Shown: positions 10,581 through 19,795 of the stretch, piece after piece
Layout: every line of letters begins with the position of its first letter
Position numbering within the stretch: position 1 is the stretch's first letter
Assembly (NCBI GenBank): GCA_029239905.1
Contig: JARBUB010000002.1
Coordinates: 1 to 52,417 of the forward strand
Reading direction: 5' to 3'
Length of the DNA: 52,417 nt
Origin: Clostridia bacterium
GTDB taxonomy: Bacteria > Bacillota > Clostridia > Lutisporales > Lutisporaceae
The notes under the pieces: generated by a model
The model's input: only the letters and a program-made list of their open reading frames with translations
Told to the model about the DNA's origin: nothing
The model's database searches: none
Position numbers and translations under genes: made by a program

Positions 10581-11827
10581 TGATTTGCACTTCCTTCCCG
10601 GTTTGTATGAGGCTGAAATAAACGGCCGAAATCTTTAATTGATACGTCATACTCAACTGTTATTTCTGCCTCAGGGTATTTTTCTCGCCAATTATATAAT
10701 TTATATTCTTCTAGTGTATTAAACTGTTTTCTCGCAATCAAATACCAATCAAAGGCTCCCATTTTAAATTCTTCCTTTGATCTATCTAGAAACTTTTCGG
10801 TCTTCTTTTTTAACTCCTCTCCTATATAATCAGCCAAAAAATTTTTATTTCCCTCATCTGTAACATAGTCCACATTGCTGGGGATGCTTACAACACTGGC
10901 CTCCAAAGGCACCACAACATTTATCGTCGGAATCTCATTATCTGTATTAATATCAACCTTTGTTTTTTTATGTTTTGTCAATCGTATTGTTATAACATAT
11001 TCTTCATCCTTGGGATCTTTATAGGTTACAAAGTATGTATCTATATCTATTTGCTCACGCAGCAGTAGTGCTATCCTAGTATCCTCTCCATCAATAACGT
11101 TTATCATTTTACCGTCTTTAAAAACTGCTGAACCAATAAGCTGTACTATATTTCCACCTTCTTTGTCCACTTCACCCGCTATATAATTGTCCTCATCCTT
11201 CTCCCCTGCAATGCCTGTTTTTTCATTCGTACCATATATCGCTAAGTGTAAAGCCTCCCCGCTTTCTGTATCGTGGATGAACCTTCTTATAATAGACACA
11301 GGGACGAGCCCTGATTCTTGCCACCGCTTTGACATAAATTCATAAAACTTATGAGGTCTAGTTTCTAATGCTGATTGATTGTTTCTTATAAAATCTTCAG
11401 CAGATTCTTTACTTATAATTAAATATGTATCTCTTCTTACTTGTCTGTCTCTAACTATTGATTCCAGTATATTATAAAACTTATCACTACGGGCAAAATC
11501 TTCCCCGACAACTAGAGTCTTTGTGTGAGTAAATGTTATACGTCTGGTAACAGATGATGCTGCTAAATCTCTAATGGAAAGAAAATCCCTCATAGTGAAG
11601 GACACTATCTCTGCGGCTGGCTCATTCTGATTACCTCCGCTCCCCGCCGTGCTGCCACCCTGCGGATTTGCAATCTGACAAGTAACAACTATGTTGTCAC
11701 CCTCTGCTATATCAATTCCTACAGTAACAACATAAGCTTGCTCTTCAAGTTCTAACTTATCCCAGCAGCCAGAAAGCAACCCAAAGCAAATATTCATAAT
11801 GAGAATCATTGTTATTTTAACTTTCAT
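10577..11827 (-). CDS. spore germination lipoprotein, Ger(x)C family
   Basis: Signal peptide with lipobox MKVKITMILIMNICFGLLSGC and GerxC-like length. It is the third gene of an A-B-C operon. I used the ATG at 11827 rather than the TTG at 11836. Confidence 0.85.
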   Translation of the reverse strand: MKVKITMILIMNICFGLLSGCWDKLELEEQAYVVTVGIDIAEGDNIVVTCQIANPQGGSTAGSGGNQNEPAAEIVSFTMRDFLSIRDLAASSVTRRITFTHTKTLVVGEDFARSDKFYNILESIVRDRQVRRDTYLIISKESAEDFIRNNQSALETRPHKFYEFMSKRWQESGLVPVSIIRRFIHDTESGEALHLAIYGTNEKTGIAGEKDEDNYIAGEVDKEGGNIVQLIGSAVFKDGKMINVIDGEDTRIALLLREQIDIDTYFVTYKDPKDEEYVITIRLTKHKKTKVDINTDNEIPTINVVVPLEASVVSIPSNVDYVTDEGNKNFLADYIGEELKKKTEKFLDRSKEEFKMGAFDWYLIARKQFNTLEEYKLYNWREKYPEAEITVEYDVSIKDFGRLFQPHTNREGSANQ

Positions 11828-12920
11828 TTCCGGCAACCTTTCTTATTTTCGATAATATCCAGAGAATAAAGGGCAGCAGCAATAAAATGTAATATGTCAA
11901 TTGATAGAAAACATCTGCCTTGCTGGTGATATTTTGCGCTAGAGAACTGTTTGGCATATTTCCTAGAATAAAAATAATAGCAGAAAGTGCCGGCAGTAGA
12001 GGCTTGATCTCCTTAATATTCAACATATAGCAAAATATCGACGTAGCCAAATAGAGCAGAACTGTACACCTAATTACAGAGAGCATAATCCATATCCAAA
12101 AAAAAAGCGATCCTAGATTCGTAAAGAACTGTTCTATATTTACTATCATCGTGAGCTCCTGAAACGGAAAAGCCATATTTTCAAGAGACACATAGTCAAA
12201 TACTGTAATATATATGAAACTGAATACTGCAAGCACTACTATCGCAAAAGCTGTACCAGTCAGACTTGCTGCCTTGTAGCATTTATAACTTCTTACTTCA
12301 CTGAAGAAGATTGTAAATAAAATCAATTCTCCAAAAACGCCGGTGTGCCTCACCGAAACCTTTAATATCTCTTTTACTCCTGGTCCCCATATAGGGTATA
12401 TATAGTACATATTGATATCCTTAAAAGATAACACTGACATAATAATAATCACTATGCACATTGGCACAAAAAATAACCATGCCGTACTTGATATTCCCCT
12501 CAATCCTCCGCGTCCTATCATATATGCCGCTGCTATAAGCATGAAGTATATTACGTTGGTTGGAGTCTTGGGTAAAAACATTGTTCTGGTAATATCTACA
12601 TAGCTTCTGCTGTTAAGCACTATAGCTGCAAAAGCTACAATAAATAATATAAAACACAAAATAAAGCCTATATACTTTCCGAAAGTGCTGTATATAATCT
12701 CAATCATATTCTTATCTTTATACTTTGAAAGAACAAGCAGTACAAAACTAAATGAGACCAAGGTTAATATTCCAGCTATAATCGGCACCATCCAGCCTGC
12801 ATTTTTTGCATCCTTAAAAATAGTAGCGGGAGTTTGGTCGCTGAACTGCAATGCCATTGTCATAGCGTACAAAGCAAAAAATTCCCTTGCACCCACTTTA
12901 GTTTTTTGCTTCTTAAGCAT
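11817..12920 (-). CDS. spore germination protein, GerxB family (APC-type permease-like)
   Basis: Roughly 10-TM, 367-aa protein between the GerA- and GerC-family genes. SD AAGAGGTG. Confidence 0.85.
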   Translation of the reverse strand: MLKKQKTKVGAREFFALYAMTMALQFSDQTPATIFKDAKNAGWMVPIIAGILTLVSFSFVLLVLSKYKDKNMIEIIYSTFGKYIGFILCFILFIVAFAAIVLNSRSYVDITRTMFLPKTPTNVIYFMLIAAAYMIGRGGLRGISSTAWLFFVPMCIVIIIMSVLSFKDINMYYIYPIWGPGVKEILKVSVRHTGVFGELILFTIFFSEVRSYKCYKAASLTGTAFAIVVLAVFSFIYITVFDYVSLENMAFPFQELTMIVNIEQFFTNLGSLFFWIWIMLSVIRCTVLLYLATSIFCYMLNIKEIKPLLPALSAIIFILGNMPNSSLAQNITSKADVFYQLTYYILLLLPFILWILSKIRKVAGNES

Positions 12921-12930
12921 GTTACACCTC

Positions 12931-14451
12931 TTATTGTTGATTCCTAACTTTATTCTTTTGCTGTATGTTAAAGGGTCTGAATATCATCGTCCACAGCTGT
13001 GGACGATAGAAAGTATCTCCCGCAGACTTATAATGAGGTGCATAAGGAGAAAAAAATGGTACTCCGAAGGATTCTATTGATACCAAATATGCTACCCCTA
13101 CAACAAAACACAAGCCTATTCCATAAAGGCCCATAAAAGATGCAAAGGCTAAATAGACAAATCTTCCTATCCTTATCATAAAATTTGTGCTTATTTCAGA
13201 TATAGCAAAAGAGGATAGTCCGGTAATAGCTATTACTATAACCAAAATTGGGCTTACTATATTTGCTTCTACTGCCGCTTGACCCAGTATTAAAGCTCCC
13301 ACTATACCAATGGTTGGTCCTATAGGCGTTGGCACTCTTATACCCGCCTCTCTTAAAATCTCAAAGGCCAGCTCCATAGATATAACCTCTACAATAGCAG
13401 GAAAGGGTACAATTTCCCTGGAAGCACCAATTGCAAGCAATAAATCTGTAGGTATCATTTCTACATGATAGTTTGTAACTGCAATATATAAGGAAGGAGT
13501 AAGCATAGCCAAAAAAAACGCAATAAGCCTTATGAGTCTTACAAAGTTGCTGTATGGCCATCTTTGATAATAGTCCTCCGCGGTGTGAAACAATGACCAA
13601 AAGGTTATTGGAACAATTAAGCCTCCTGAAGAATTATTGAGTAATGCAATATGCCCCTCCTGTAAAAACGCTGCTACTCGATCGGGACGTTCTGTATAGA
13701 GTACTGTAGGAACTAATGAATAGGGTCTGTCCTCTATGTATTGCTCTACAATCTCTAAATTCTGTATATTGTCCGTGCTAATGTCATATATCCTTTTTTT
13801 TACACATTCCAATATCTCTTCATCTGCAATATCCTTTATATACATAAGCACAATGGCATCTGAGGTTCTTTGTCCCTTTATAATGGATTCACTGATCAAC
13901 TGCTCATTTCGTACGATTTTTCTAATTAGAGATATATTTGTACCCACATCCTCCACAAAGGACTCCATAGGGCCTTTAATCGCGTTTTCAATGGAGGGTT
14001 TCTCTATGCTCCTATGCTCAAACTTTGAGATATTCACAGTTACTGCAATATCACAACCATCTATCAAAATTGCCGCATAGCCAAAAAGTATTTTATCTAC
14101 TGCTTTGTATAAAGTCTCAACAGTTTCGACCGTCATAAAGTCAAGCTGCTTCACCACTACAGCCCAGCAGCTTATTGCTTCAGTCATTTCAATTTGATTT
14201 ATTTTTTTCAACGAAGGAACTAAATTATTTTCAAGTTTACTCGAATCTATGGTTCCCTTCATATATAAGAGACTACATTTTCTTTCAAAGTCTTCTATAG
14301 TCAAATCTTTAATTATAAAATCCTGATTCAATGGATAATGCAATACCTGCTTAAAAAGCTCTAGATTTTTATCTATAGCGGTCTGTAGTTTTGTATCTTC
14401 ATATTGTCTTTTTTTCCTACTTGCTTTATTATCTCTTTTTTCTTCCTTCAT
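12931..14451 (-). CDS. spore germination protein, GerxA (GerA) family
   Basis: 506 aa with a soluble N-terminal domain followed by a C-terminal TM bundle. Typical GerA-family features (LIRKIVRNEQL, ERPDRVA, LLNNS). First gene of the operon. Confidence 0.9.
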   Translation of the reverse strand: MKEEKRDNKASRKKRQYEDTKLQTAIDKNLELFKQVLHYPLNQDFIIKDLTIEDFERKCSLLYMKGTIDSSKLENNLVPSLKKINQIEMTEAISCWAVVVKQLDFMTVETVETLYKAVDKILFGYAAILIDGCDIAVTVNISKFEHRSIEKPSIENAIKGPMESFVEDVGTNISLIRKIVRNEQLISESIIKGQRTSDAIVLMYIKDIADEEILECVKKRIYDISTDNIQNLEIVEQYIEDRPYSLVPTVLYTERPDRVAAFLQEGHIALLNNSSGGLIVPITFWSLFHTAEDYYQRWPYSNFVRLIRLIAFFLAMLTPSLYIAVTNYHVEMIPTDLLLAIGASREIVPFPAIVEVISMELAFEILREAGIRVPTPIGPTIGIVGALILGQAAVEANIVSPILVIVIAITGLSSFAISEISTNFMIRIGRFVYLAFASFMGLYGIGLCFVVGVAYLVSIESFGVPFFSPYAPHYKSAGDTFYRPQLWTMIFRPFNIQQKNKVRNQQ

Positions 14452-14548
14452 TTAATCACCATAAATTTAATAATATCTTTGCAACATAAAATGTTTCGTT
14501 GTTAATTTACCTTGATCACAGCCTGTTTATTCACCTATTGCCATTTTG

Positions 14549-14597
14549 CAAAAAACAACACCCCTAATGTTAACTTTTTTGACTAACATTTGAGGTG
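14549..14597 (-). terminator. strong rho-independent terminator downstream of the MCP relic
   Basis: On the minus strand, CACCTCAAATGTTA-(10 nt)-TAACATTAGGGGTG forms a 14-bp stem with one mismatch, followed by TTGTTTTTTG. Confidence 0.55.
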
Positions 14598-14682
14598 CAT
14601 TTCATTTCCAACCTTTTTTATTCTATGTATACTTTGAATTTATTTACCAAGGCATTCCGTTTTCTGGTAGTTCTGCCTATGC

Positions 14683-14943
14683 TTATGCTGATTGCTCTGC
14701 AAGCTTCCTTACCTCTTCCGCAACAACTTCAAAGCTCTTGCCTTGCTCTCCTGCCCCTGCTGAAATGTGTCTTGTCGATTCATTGATGCTTTTCATAGTA
14801 GATGTAACTTCTTCAATAGTAGCTGAAAGTTCTTCAGTAACCGCACTTATTTCATCATTCCCATAAACTACTGCCTGTTGAGTCAAATCTCCTTCTCCGA
14901 AAGCTTCTGTAATTCGAATCACATTTTGACGTTTTTTTGTCAT
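14683..14943 (-). pseudogene. collapsed remnant of a methyl-accepting chemotaxis protein
   Basis: The 86-aa ORF strings together a HAMP-like piece (GDLTQQ..NDEIS), a methylation-helix piece (EELSATIEEV) and the conserved signalling-tip motif (AGEQGKSFEVVAEEVRKLAEQS). There is no sensor or TM region and no C-terminal arm. There is no SD, and the ATG lies about 14 nt after the rpsR terminator stem. Confidence 0.65.
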
Positions 14944-14956
14944 GACGTTTTTTAAT

Positions 14957-14990
14957 ATTAAAAAACCCGATGTATTTCTACATCGGGTTT
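14957..14990 (-). terminator. rho-independent terminator after rpsR
   Basis: On the minus strand, AAACCCGATGTA-GAAA-TACATCGGGTTT is followed by TTT. Confidence 0.7.
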
Positions 14991-15001
14991 CAAGTCTTTT
15001 A

Positions 15002-15277
15002 TTAATCAGTTGTGAATGGTAGGAAAGCTATGTTTCTAGCTCTCTTTATTGCTACTGTAATTTGTCTTTGATGTTTAGCACAGTTTCCAGAAATTCTTCT
15101 TGGAATTATCTTTCCTCTTTCGCTAACATATCTTCTGATTTTGTTCACATCTTTATAATCGATGTGCTCAACTTTATCTATGCAGAAATTACAAACGCGC
15201 TTCTTTGGCTTTCTCATTTTGCCGCTGCCGAAACCGCCTGCACTTCTTTCTCTACCGCCTCTATCTTCTCTTGGCAT
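15002..15277 (-). CDS. rpsR: 30S ribosomal protein S18
   Basis: The sequence [60 protein letters not shown] is typical of S18. Confidence 0.95.
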   Translation of the reverse strand: MPREDRGGRERSAGGFGSGKMRKPKKRVCNFCIDKVEHIDYKDVNKIRRYVSERGKIIPRRISGNCAKHQRQITVAIKRARNIAFLPFTTD

Positions 15278-15296
15278 TTATTTTCCTCCTATCATC

Positions 15297-15701
15297 CTAA
15301 AATGGAAGATCGTCTTCTTCCTCAGCAGGGTAGAAATCACCGGATTCCTTTGTTACACCACTGCCTGACCCTTTGCTTACATCGCTAGCTTTATCTAAGA
15401 AGTGAACCTCATCCGCAGTTACTTCTGTTGCAAAATGTCTTTTTCCCTCTTGGTCATCCCAACTTCTAGTTTGGATTCTTCCAGAAACGGCAACAAGTCT
15501 GCCCTTGCCGATGTACTTACCGCAGTTTTCTGCTGGCTTACCCCATACAACGATTGGTATGAAGTCTGCATCAGGCTGGCCTTCTTGTTTGAACATTCTG
15601 TTTACAGCAATTGTAAACTTCGCAACTGGCGTCTGATTGTTCGCTGTATATCTAACTTCGGGGTCCTTTGTTAATCTGCCTACTAAGGCAACTTTATTCA
15701 T
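15297..15701 (-). CDS. ssb: single-stranded DNA-binding protein
   Basis: OB-fold N-terminus MNKVALVGRLTKDPEVRYT and an acidic C-terminal tail ending DDLPF. Located in the rpsF-ssb-rpsR operon. Confidence 0.95.
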   Translation of the reverse strand: MNKVALVGRLTKDPEVRYTANNQTPVAKFTIAVNRMFKQEGQPDADFIPIVVWGKPAENCGKYIGKGRLVAVSGRIQTRSWDDQEGKRHFATEVTADEVHFLDKASDVSKGSGSGVTKESGDFYPAEEEDDLPF

Positions 15702-15723
15702 ACTAAAGCACCACCTTTTAAAA

Positions 15724-16005
15724 TTAGTCTAGCTTTATAGTCATGTTTCTTAGTATATCTTCAGTTATACCGAACACTCTGTCCAATTCCTTTGGAACTG
15801 CAGTGTCAGCTTTATATTTCGTATATACATAGTAGCCTTCACCGATATCATCGATTAAGTAAGCAAGCTTTCTTTTGCCCCACTCATCTAATGTTTCGAT
15901 TTCGCCATTCGCTTCCATTATACCCTTGAACTTTTCTACAAGAGCTTTAACGCCTGCTTCATCAACAGTTGGCTTTATAATGTATATCGTTTCATATTTA
16001 TTCAT
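15724..16005 (-). CDS. rpsF: 30S ribosomal protein S6
   Basis: MNKYETIYIIKP... is a typical S6 start, preceded by GGAGGAGGTGAAA. The 25 extra codons in the track ORF are rejected. Confidence 0.93.
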   Translation of the reverse strand: MNKYETIYIIKPTVDEAGVKALVEKFKGIMEANGEIETLDEWGKRKLAYLIDDIGEGYYVYTKYKADTAVPKELDRVFGITEDILRNMTIKLD

Positions 16006-16120
16006 AAGTTTCACCTCCTCCCCACGGACTAACGGCCCTATCACTCGGGATAGAGCGAGGATATTTGCGTCTGTACGCATCTACGTATTATATCACTATG
16101 TCTGATTTTTTTCAACTGTT

Positions 16121-16336
16121 TTATTGATCATTCTCTGAAGTTTCTGCAGCTTTAATTACTTTTTTAACAGATTTTTCAAATTTTGGTCTAGGCAGCATAA
16201 CAATTCTGCTGCATCCTATGCACCTTATTTTGAAATCTGCTCCCACTCTGATTACTTCCCACTGCTTGCTACCACAAGGGTGTTCTTTCTTAGTTTCTAC
16301 AATATCACCTAAATTAAACTCTTTGGGATAATACAT
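16121..16336 (-). CDS. DUF951 family protein
   Basis: 71-aa protein with HPCGS..CIGC cysteine pairs, upstream of rpsF as in other Firmicutes. Confidence 0.7.
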   Translation of the reverse strand: MYYPKEFNLGDIVETKKEHPCGSKQWEVIRVGADFKIRCIGCSRIVMLPRPKFEKSVKKVIKAAETSENDQ

Positions 16337-16354
16337 TAAATCCCTCCTAACTAT

Positions 16355-17203
16355 TTACTTCTTATCTACCATAATTCTTTTTGGATATGGTATTTCAATT
16401 TTTTCCTTTTTAAAGGCATCAATTATTAATTTTCTTAGTTCTCTCTCTACATTCCAATGCATAAGCGGTTGAGTTTTTATGATCGTTCTGATAATTACTC
16501 CTGCTTCTTCCAATCTCACTATTCCTTGTACCTCAGGGCTTTCTGCAGCTTTGTCCTTATTGTTTTCATAATATTCTGCCGCAACTTCTGTCAGTATCTT
16601 CATTGCCTTCCCTTGATCACTCTCATATGCAATGCCTATGTCTATAATGGCCAGTGAACTTCCTCTAGATGCATTTGTAACAGCCTTGATCTCCCCATTT
16701 GGAATAATGTGTAATTCTCCATTAAAGGAACGGATGCGAGTAATACGCAAGCCCAGCTCTTCTACAGTACCTGTTACTCCATTTATTGTCACATAATCTC
16801 CAACGCCATATTGATCCTCAAATAATATAAAAAAGCCCGTAAATACATCCCTGACCAAACTCTGTGCTCCAAATCCAATGGCTATTCCGCCTAGACCAGC
16901 CGTAGCAAGTATTGGTTGCGTAGGGATGCTTAAGGTGTCAAGAATTGATATCCCCATGATTATATAAACTACATATTTAATTACACTTTTTAGTATGCCC
17001 GCTAAAGTATTTGATTTCTGCTCATTCATTTTGAATCTTGGATAAAGTTTAAAAACCTTAACCACCAATCTATCTAATATTAGTATAGAAAGCTTTGCTA
17101 ACAAAAATATAACAAGAATCTTTATGGCTATACTTATATAGTAATAAAGCAGCGGGGTATCCAATTGAAAATACTTCGATATCTTGGTGAAAAAATCCCT
17201 CAT
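16355..17203 (-). CDS. mechanosensitive ion channel family protein (MscS-like)
   Basis: Three N-terminal TM helices followed by an MscS beta-domain (GDYVTINGVTGTVEELGLRITRIRSFNGELHIIPNGEI). Confidence 0.85.
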   Translation of the reverse strand: MRDFFTKISKYFQLDTPLLYYYISIAIKILVIFLLAKLSILILDRLVVKVFKLYPRFKMNEQKSNTLAGILKSVIKYVVYIIMGISILDTLSIPTQPILATAGLGGIAIGFGAQSLVRDVFTGFFILFEDQYGVGDYVTINGVTGTVEELGLRITRIRSFNGELHIIPNGEIKAVTNASRGSSLAIIDIGIAYESDQGKAMKILTEVAAEYYENNKDKAAESPEVQGIVRLEEAGVIIRTIIKTQPLMHWNVERELRKLIIDAFKKEKIEIPYPKRIMVDKK

Positions 17204-17229
17204 TTGATAATCCCCTCTTTATGTATTCT

Positions 17230-17805
17230 TTAGCTTATATTAATTACTTTTGCTGCATTATTCATGTACTCTACAATAGAATACATATTTCCTACCACAC
17301 CGACCCTAAGTTTATCCTTAATATTATAGTAATCCAAGCACGTGCCGCAGCTGATAATTTCTATATTTGATTCTGCCAACCTCTGTATATTCTCTAGAGC
17401 TTCTGAGTTTTCCACGACAAGCTTTACCCCGCTATTTATAAATATAACTGCCTTAGGATATGGCTTTGTTTCACATAATGTATATGTATATGTCTTCATG
17501 AGAAGCTGTCCTAGCTTATCCTCTCCAACTCCTAGTTTATCGGAAGTAATAACTATTACAAAATCATTGTTTTCTGTCTTCGTATCAACTGCATCTGATT
17601 TGCTTATCTTTATATAATAGCAGCCTTCTTTGTCTTCAATCTTATGCTGATAGTTCAAATTAGCCGCAAGCCTTGATACATTCTCTTTGGCAGTTGTATT
17701 ATCTACAATAACCAGTACCTCTCCTGAAGTTATTTCCTCCAAAGCCTTCTTTGCCATAATTACCGGTTGCGGGCATTGCAGTCCTCTTGCATCTATATTA
17801 GCCAT
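17230..17805 (-). CDS. yedF: YedF-like sulfurtransferase/selenium-metabolism protein (TusA-like N-terminal domain plus DsrE-like domain)
   Basis: MANIDARGLQCPQPVIMAKKAL carries the TusA CPxP motif. I chose the ATG at 17805 preceded by AGGAGG over the ATG at 17826. Confidence 0.65.
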   Translation of the reverse strand: MANIDARGLQCPQPVIMAKKALEEITSGEVLVIVDNTTAKENVSRLAANLNYQHKIEDKEGCYYIKISKSDAVDTKTENNDFVIVITSDKLGVGEDKLGQLLMKTYTYTLCETKPYPKAVIFINSGVKLVVENSEALENIQRLAESNIEIISCGTCLDYYNIKDKLRVGVVGNMYSIVEYMNNAAKVINIS

Positions 17806-18040
17806 TCCCAGACCTCCTTGAAACATTTTGTTCTAATATATATGATAATTTATTTTAGACTTATATACCATATATTTCGCATTTATAGATAATTTATATA
17901 AACTTTTTCTTTCTATTTAATATTTCAATATAAATCTATCTATTTGAGTCGCAAAAGTCCTTCTACTTCAAAAAGTTAATTTCGAATTTGAACATTATTG
18001 ATTTAATTCTATTATAATCTTAATTTTATTAATATTTATA

Positions 18041-18068
18041 TTGACATTGTTAATAATAGTATTATAAT
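18041..18068 (+). promoter_or_regulatory. predicted sigma-A promoter TTGACA-16-TATAAT
   Basis: TTGACA at 18041-18046 and TATAAT at 18063-18068, about 40 nt upstream of the DUF2089 start codon. Confidence 0.45.
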
Positions 18069-18110
18069 TGAAATTAAGATGTTAATTTAATCCAATTGGA
18101 GGGTGCATTT

Positions 18111-18476
18111 ATGAAAAAAGATATATTAGGCAAATGTCCAATTTGTGATGGTACGATAGAAGTCACTGAGTTTAAATGCTGCAGCTGCAATAGTACTATC
18201 AGCGGTCGCTTCAGATTGAATAAGTTTTGCCAGCTGCCTATGGACCAGCTGGAATTTGCGGATATTTTTATTAAGAATCGCGGAAATATCAAAGAAATTG
18301 AAAAAGAGCTAGGGATTTCCTACCCAACTGTAAAAGGCAAGCTGGATTCATTAATTGAATCTCTAGGCTACAAAAACCAAGCAAATTATAATCCTAATAA
18401 AAACAAGGAAATATTAGAACAGTTGGACAGAGGGGAAATCAGTTCAGAAGAAGCCATAGAATTATTAAAGAATTAG
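18111..18476 (+). CDS. DUF2089-type protein (zinc ribbon, HTH, C-terminal SHOCT-like helix)
   Basis: CPICDG..CCSC zinc ribbon, an HTH-like segment IKEIEKELGISYPTVKGKL, and the tail LDRGEISSEEAIELLK. The ATG at 18111 follows GGAGGGTG. Confidence 0.7.
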   Translation: MKKDILGKCPICDGTIEVTEFKCCSCNSTISGRFRLNKFCQLPMDQLEFADIFIKNRGNIKEIEKELGISYPTVKGKLDSLIESLGYKNQANYNPNKNKEILEQLDRGEISSEEAIELLKN

Positions 18477-18487
18477 GAGGAATTATA

Positions 18488-19678
18488 ATGGAAGAAAAAA
18501 TGTTAATCTTAAAGATGCTTCAAGAAGGTAAAATCACTGCCGAGGAAGCGCATAAGCTATTAGAATCAATTGATACAAATACTTCAAGCTTCGAATCTGA
18601 TGCTAGGAAATACGAGAAGAGATTTGAAGAGAAAATGCAGGGACTTCATCAAAAAGCTAGTAAAGTTGCAGAGAAACTTGGAAATAGCCTAAACAATGGT
18701 GCAGAAAAGTTTGGCTCTAATTCAGAAAAATTTGGTGATGATTTTGCAAAGCGTATGGAGTCCTTCGGAAACGATATTGCTGATTCAGCAGTGAAGTTTT
18801 CAGATAAACTGGTTAATTATCTAGGCAACTTTATTGATATGGGCAATGACAAATATCAATACAATAAAAATTACATGTATCCTTTATCAGATAACACTGA
18901 GTTATCAATCGAAACCAGCAATTTTGCAGTAATCGTTAGTCCTACAACCGAAAGCGACCTTATGATTAACCTTTATATTAATAGCTCTACTCCTAACTTG
19001 GTACTAGACGAATTTTTAAGAGTTGACCAAGTGAATAATAAATTCAGTTTCAAAACTCAATTCCCTAGCAGAACCTGGGGTAAGATTGAGGTATTGGTTC
19101 CAAAACACCTAAGCTCACTTAATATCGTTACTACAAATGGGAAATGTGAGCTAAGTGATATTACAGCAGATTACTTTATGCCCAGTACATCTAACGGCAG
19201 AATTTCTTTGCTTAACTGCCAAAGCAAATCTGTAAAGGCATCAACAAGCAACGGGAAGATCATTGTCTCCGGTACATCATCAGAAATTGCTGATTTTACC
19301 ACTTCCAATGGCAAAATAGAAATTGAAGACTGCAAGTTTGATAAGCTAGATGCCAAAACCAGTAACGGTGCAATTCTTTTAGATGGCATTTACAAAGTAA
19401 ATTCAAAAGAGGGGAATTACAATCTACGTACTTCCAATGGGAAAATAACAATATCCCTAAACAATAGTGACACCTGTGGTTATATGATTGATGCAACAAC
19501 CTCAGTCGGAAATATCTCCGTAGATCTTCCGCAATTAAACTACTTCATTGATAAGAAAAGCTTCAGTATGCAGTCAGTAGCGCAGGTAAAGAGTTCAAAC
19601 TTTGACAGCATTGAAGATAAAATTTTCATTAATACTCATACCTCAAACTCCTCCATCGTAATAGACGCAGCAAGATAG
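18488..19678 (+). CDS. SHOCT-like N-terminal domain plus DUF4097-type beta-strand repeat protein (YvlB/LiaX-like architecture)
   Basis: N-terminus MLILKMLQEGKITAEEAHKLLESI, helical EKFG repeats, then repeated TSNGKI/TSNGRI beta-helix units. SD AGGAGG. Confidence 0.65.
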   Translation: MEEKMLILKMLQEGKITAEEAHKLLESIDTNTSSFESDARKYEKRFEEKMQGLHQKASKVAEKLGNSLNNGAEKFGSNSEKFGDDFAKRMESFGNDIADSAVKFSDKLVNYLGNFIDMGNDKYQYNKNYMYPLSDNTELSIETSNFAVIVSPTTESDLMINLYINSSTPNLVLDEFLRVDQVNNKFSFKTQFPSRTWGKIEVLVPKHLSSLNIVTTNGKCELSDITADYFMPSTSNGRISLLNCQSKSVKASTSNGKIIVSGTSSEIADFTTSNGKIEIEDCKFDKLDAKTSNGAILLDGIYKVNSKEGNYNLRTSNGKITISLNNSDTCGYMIDATTSVGNISVDLPQLNYFIDKKSFSMQSVAQVKSSNFDSIEDKIFINTHTSNSSIVIDAAR

Positions 19679-19694
19679 TTGTGAAATCATTTTG

Positions 19695-19737
19695 AAGAAG
19701 AAATGGTATTAGAAAATTTCTAATACCATTTCTTCTT
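19695..19737. terminator. bidirectional terminator hairpin (19-bp perfect stem)
   Basis: AAGAAGAAATGGTATTAGA-AAATT-TCTAATACCATTTCTTCTT between the convergent genes ending at 19678 (+) and 19796 (-). Confidence 0.7.
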
Positions 19738-19795
19738 TATTGCTCAATAACGAATAATTCAATACAATTTGATTCTCAAGCGTTTTCTTTCCGTT

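Noticed and set aside
13577-13592. parS half-sites (GTGAAACA at 13585-13592; TGTTTCAC at 17467-17474)
   Set aside because: Only one 8-bp arm matches, and the other half has six or more mismatches. Both lie inside coding sequence, so I do not call them parS.
14452-14560. A forespore (sigma-G type) promoter upstream of the ger operon
   Set aside because: A CATTTTA -10-like element is present, but I could not find a convincing GNATR -35 at 17-18 nt spacing. I leave it uncalled.
14595-14786. 63-aa plus-strand ORF next to the MCP relic
   Set aside because: It overlaps the terminator and the relic in antisense, and it has no SD.
16006-16120. A possible S6:S18-binding regulatory leader upstream of rpsF
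   Set aside because: The GC-richer leader could fold, but I cannot verify the conserved structure by eye without a covariance-model search.
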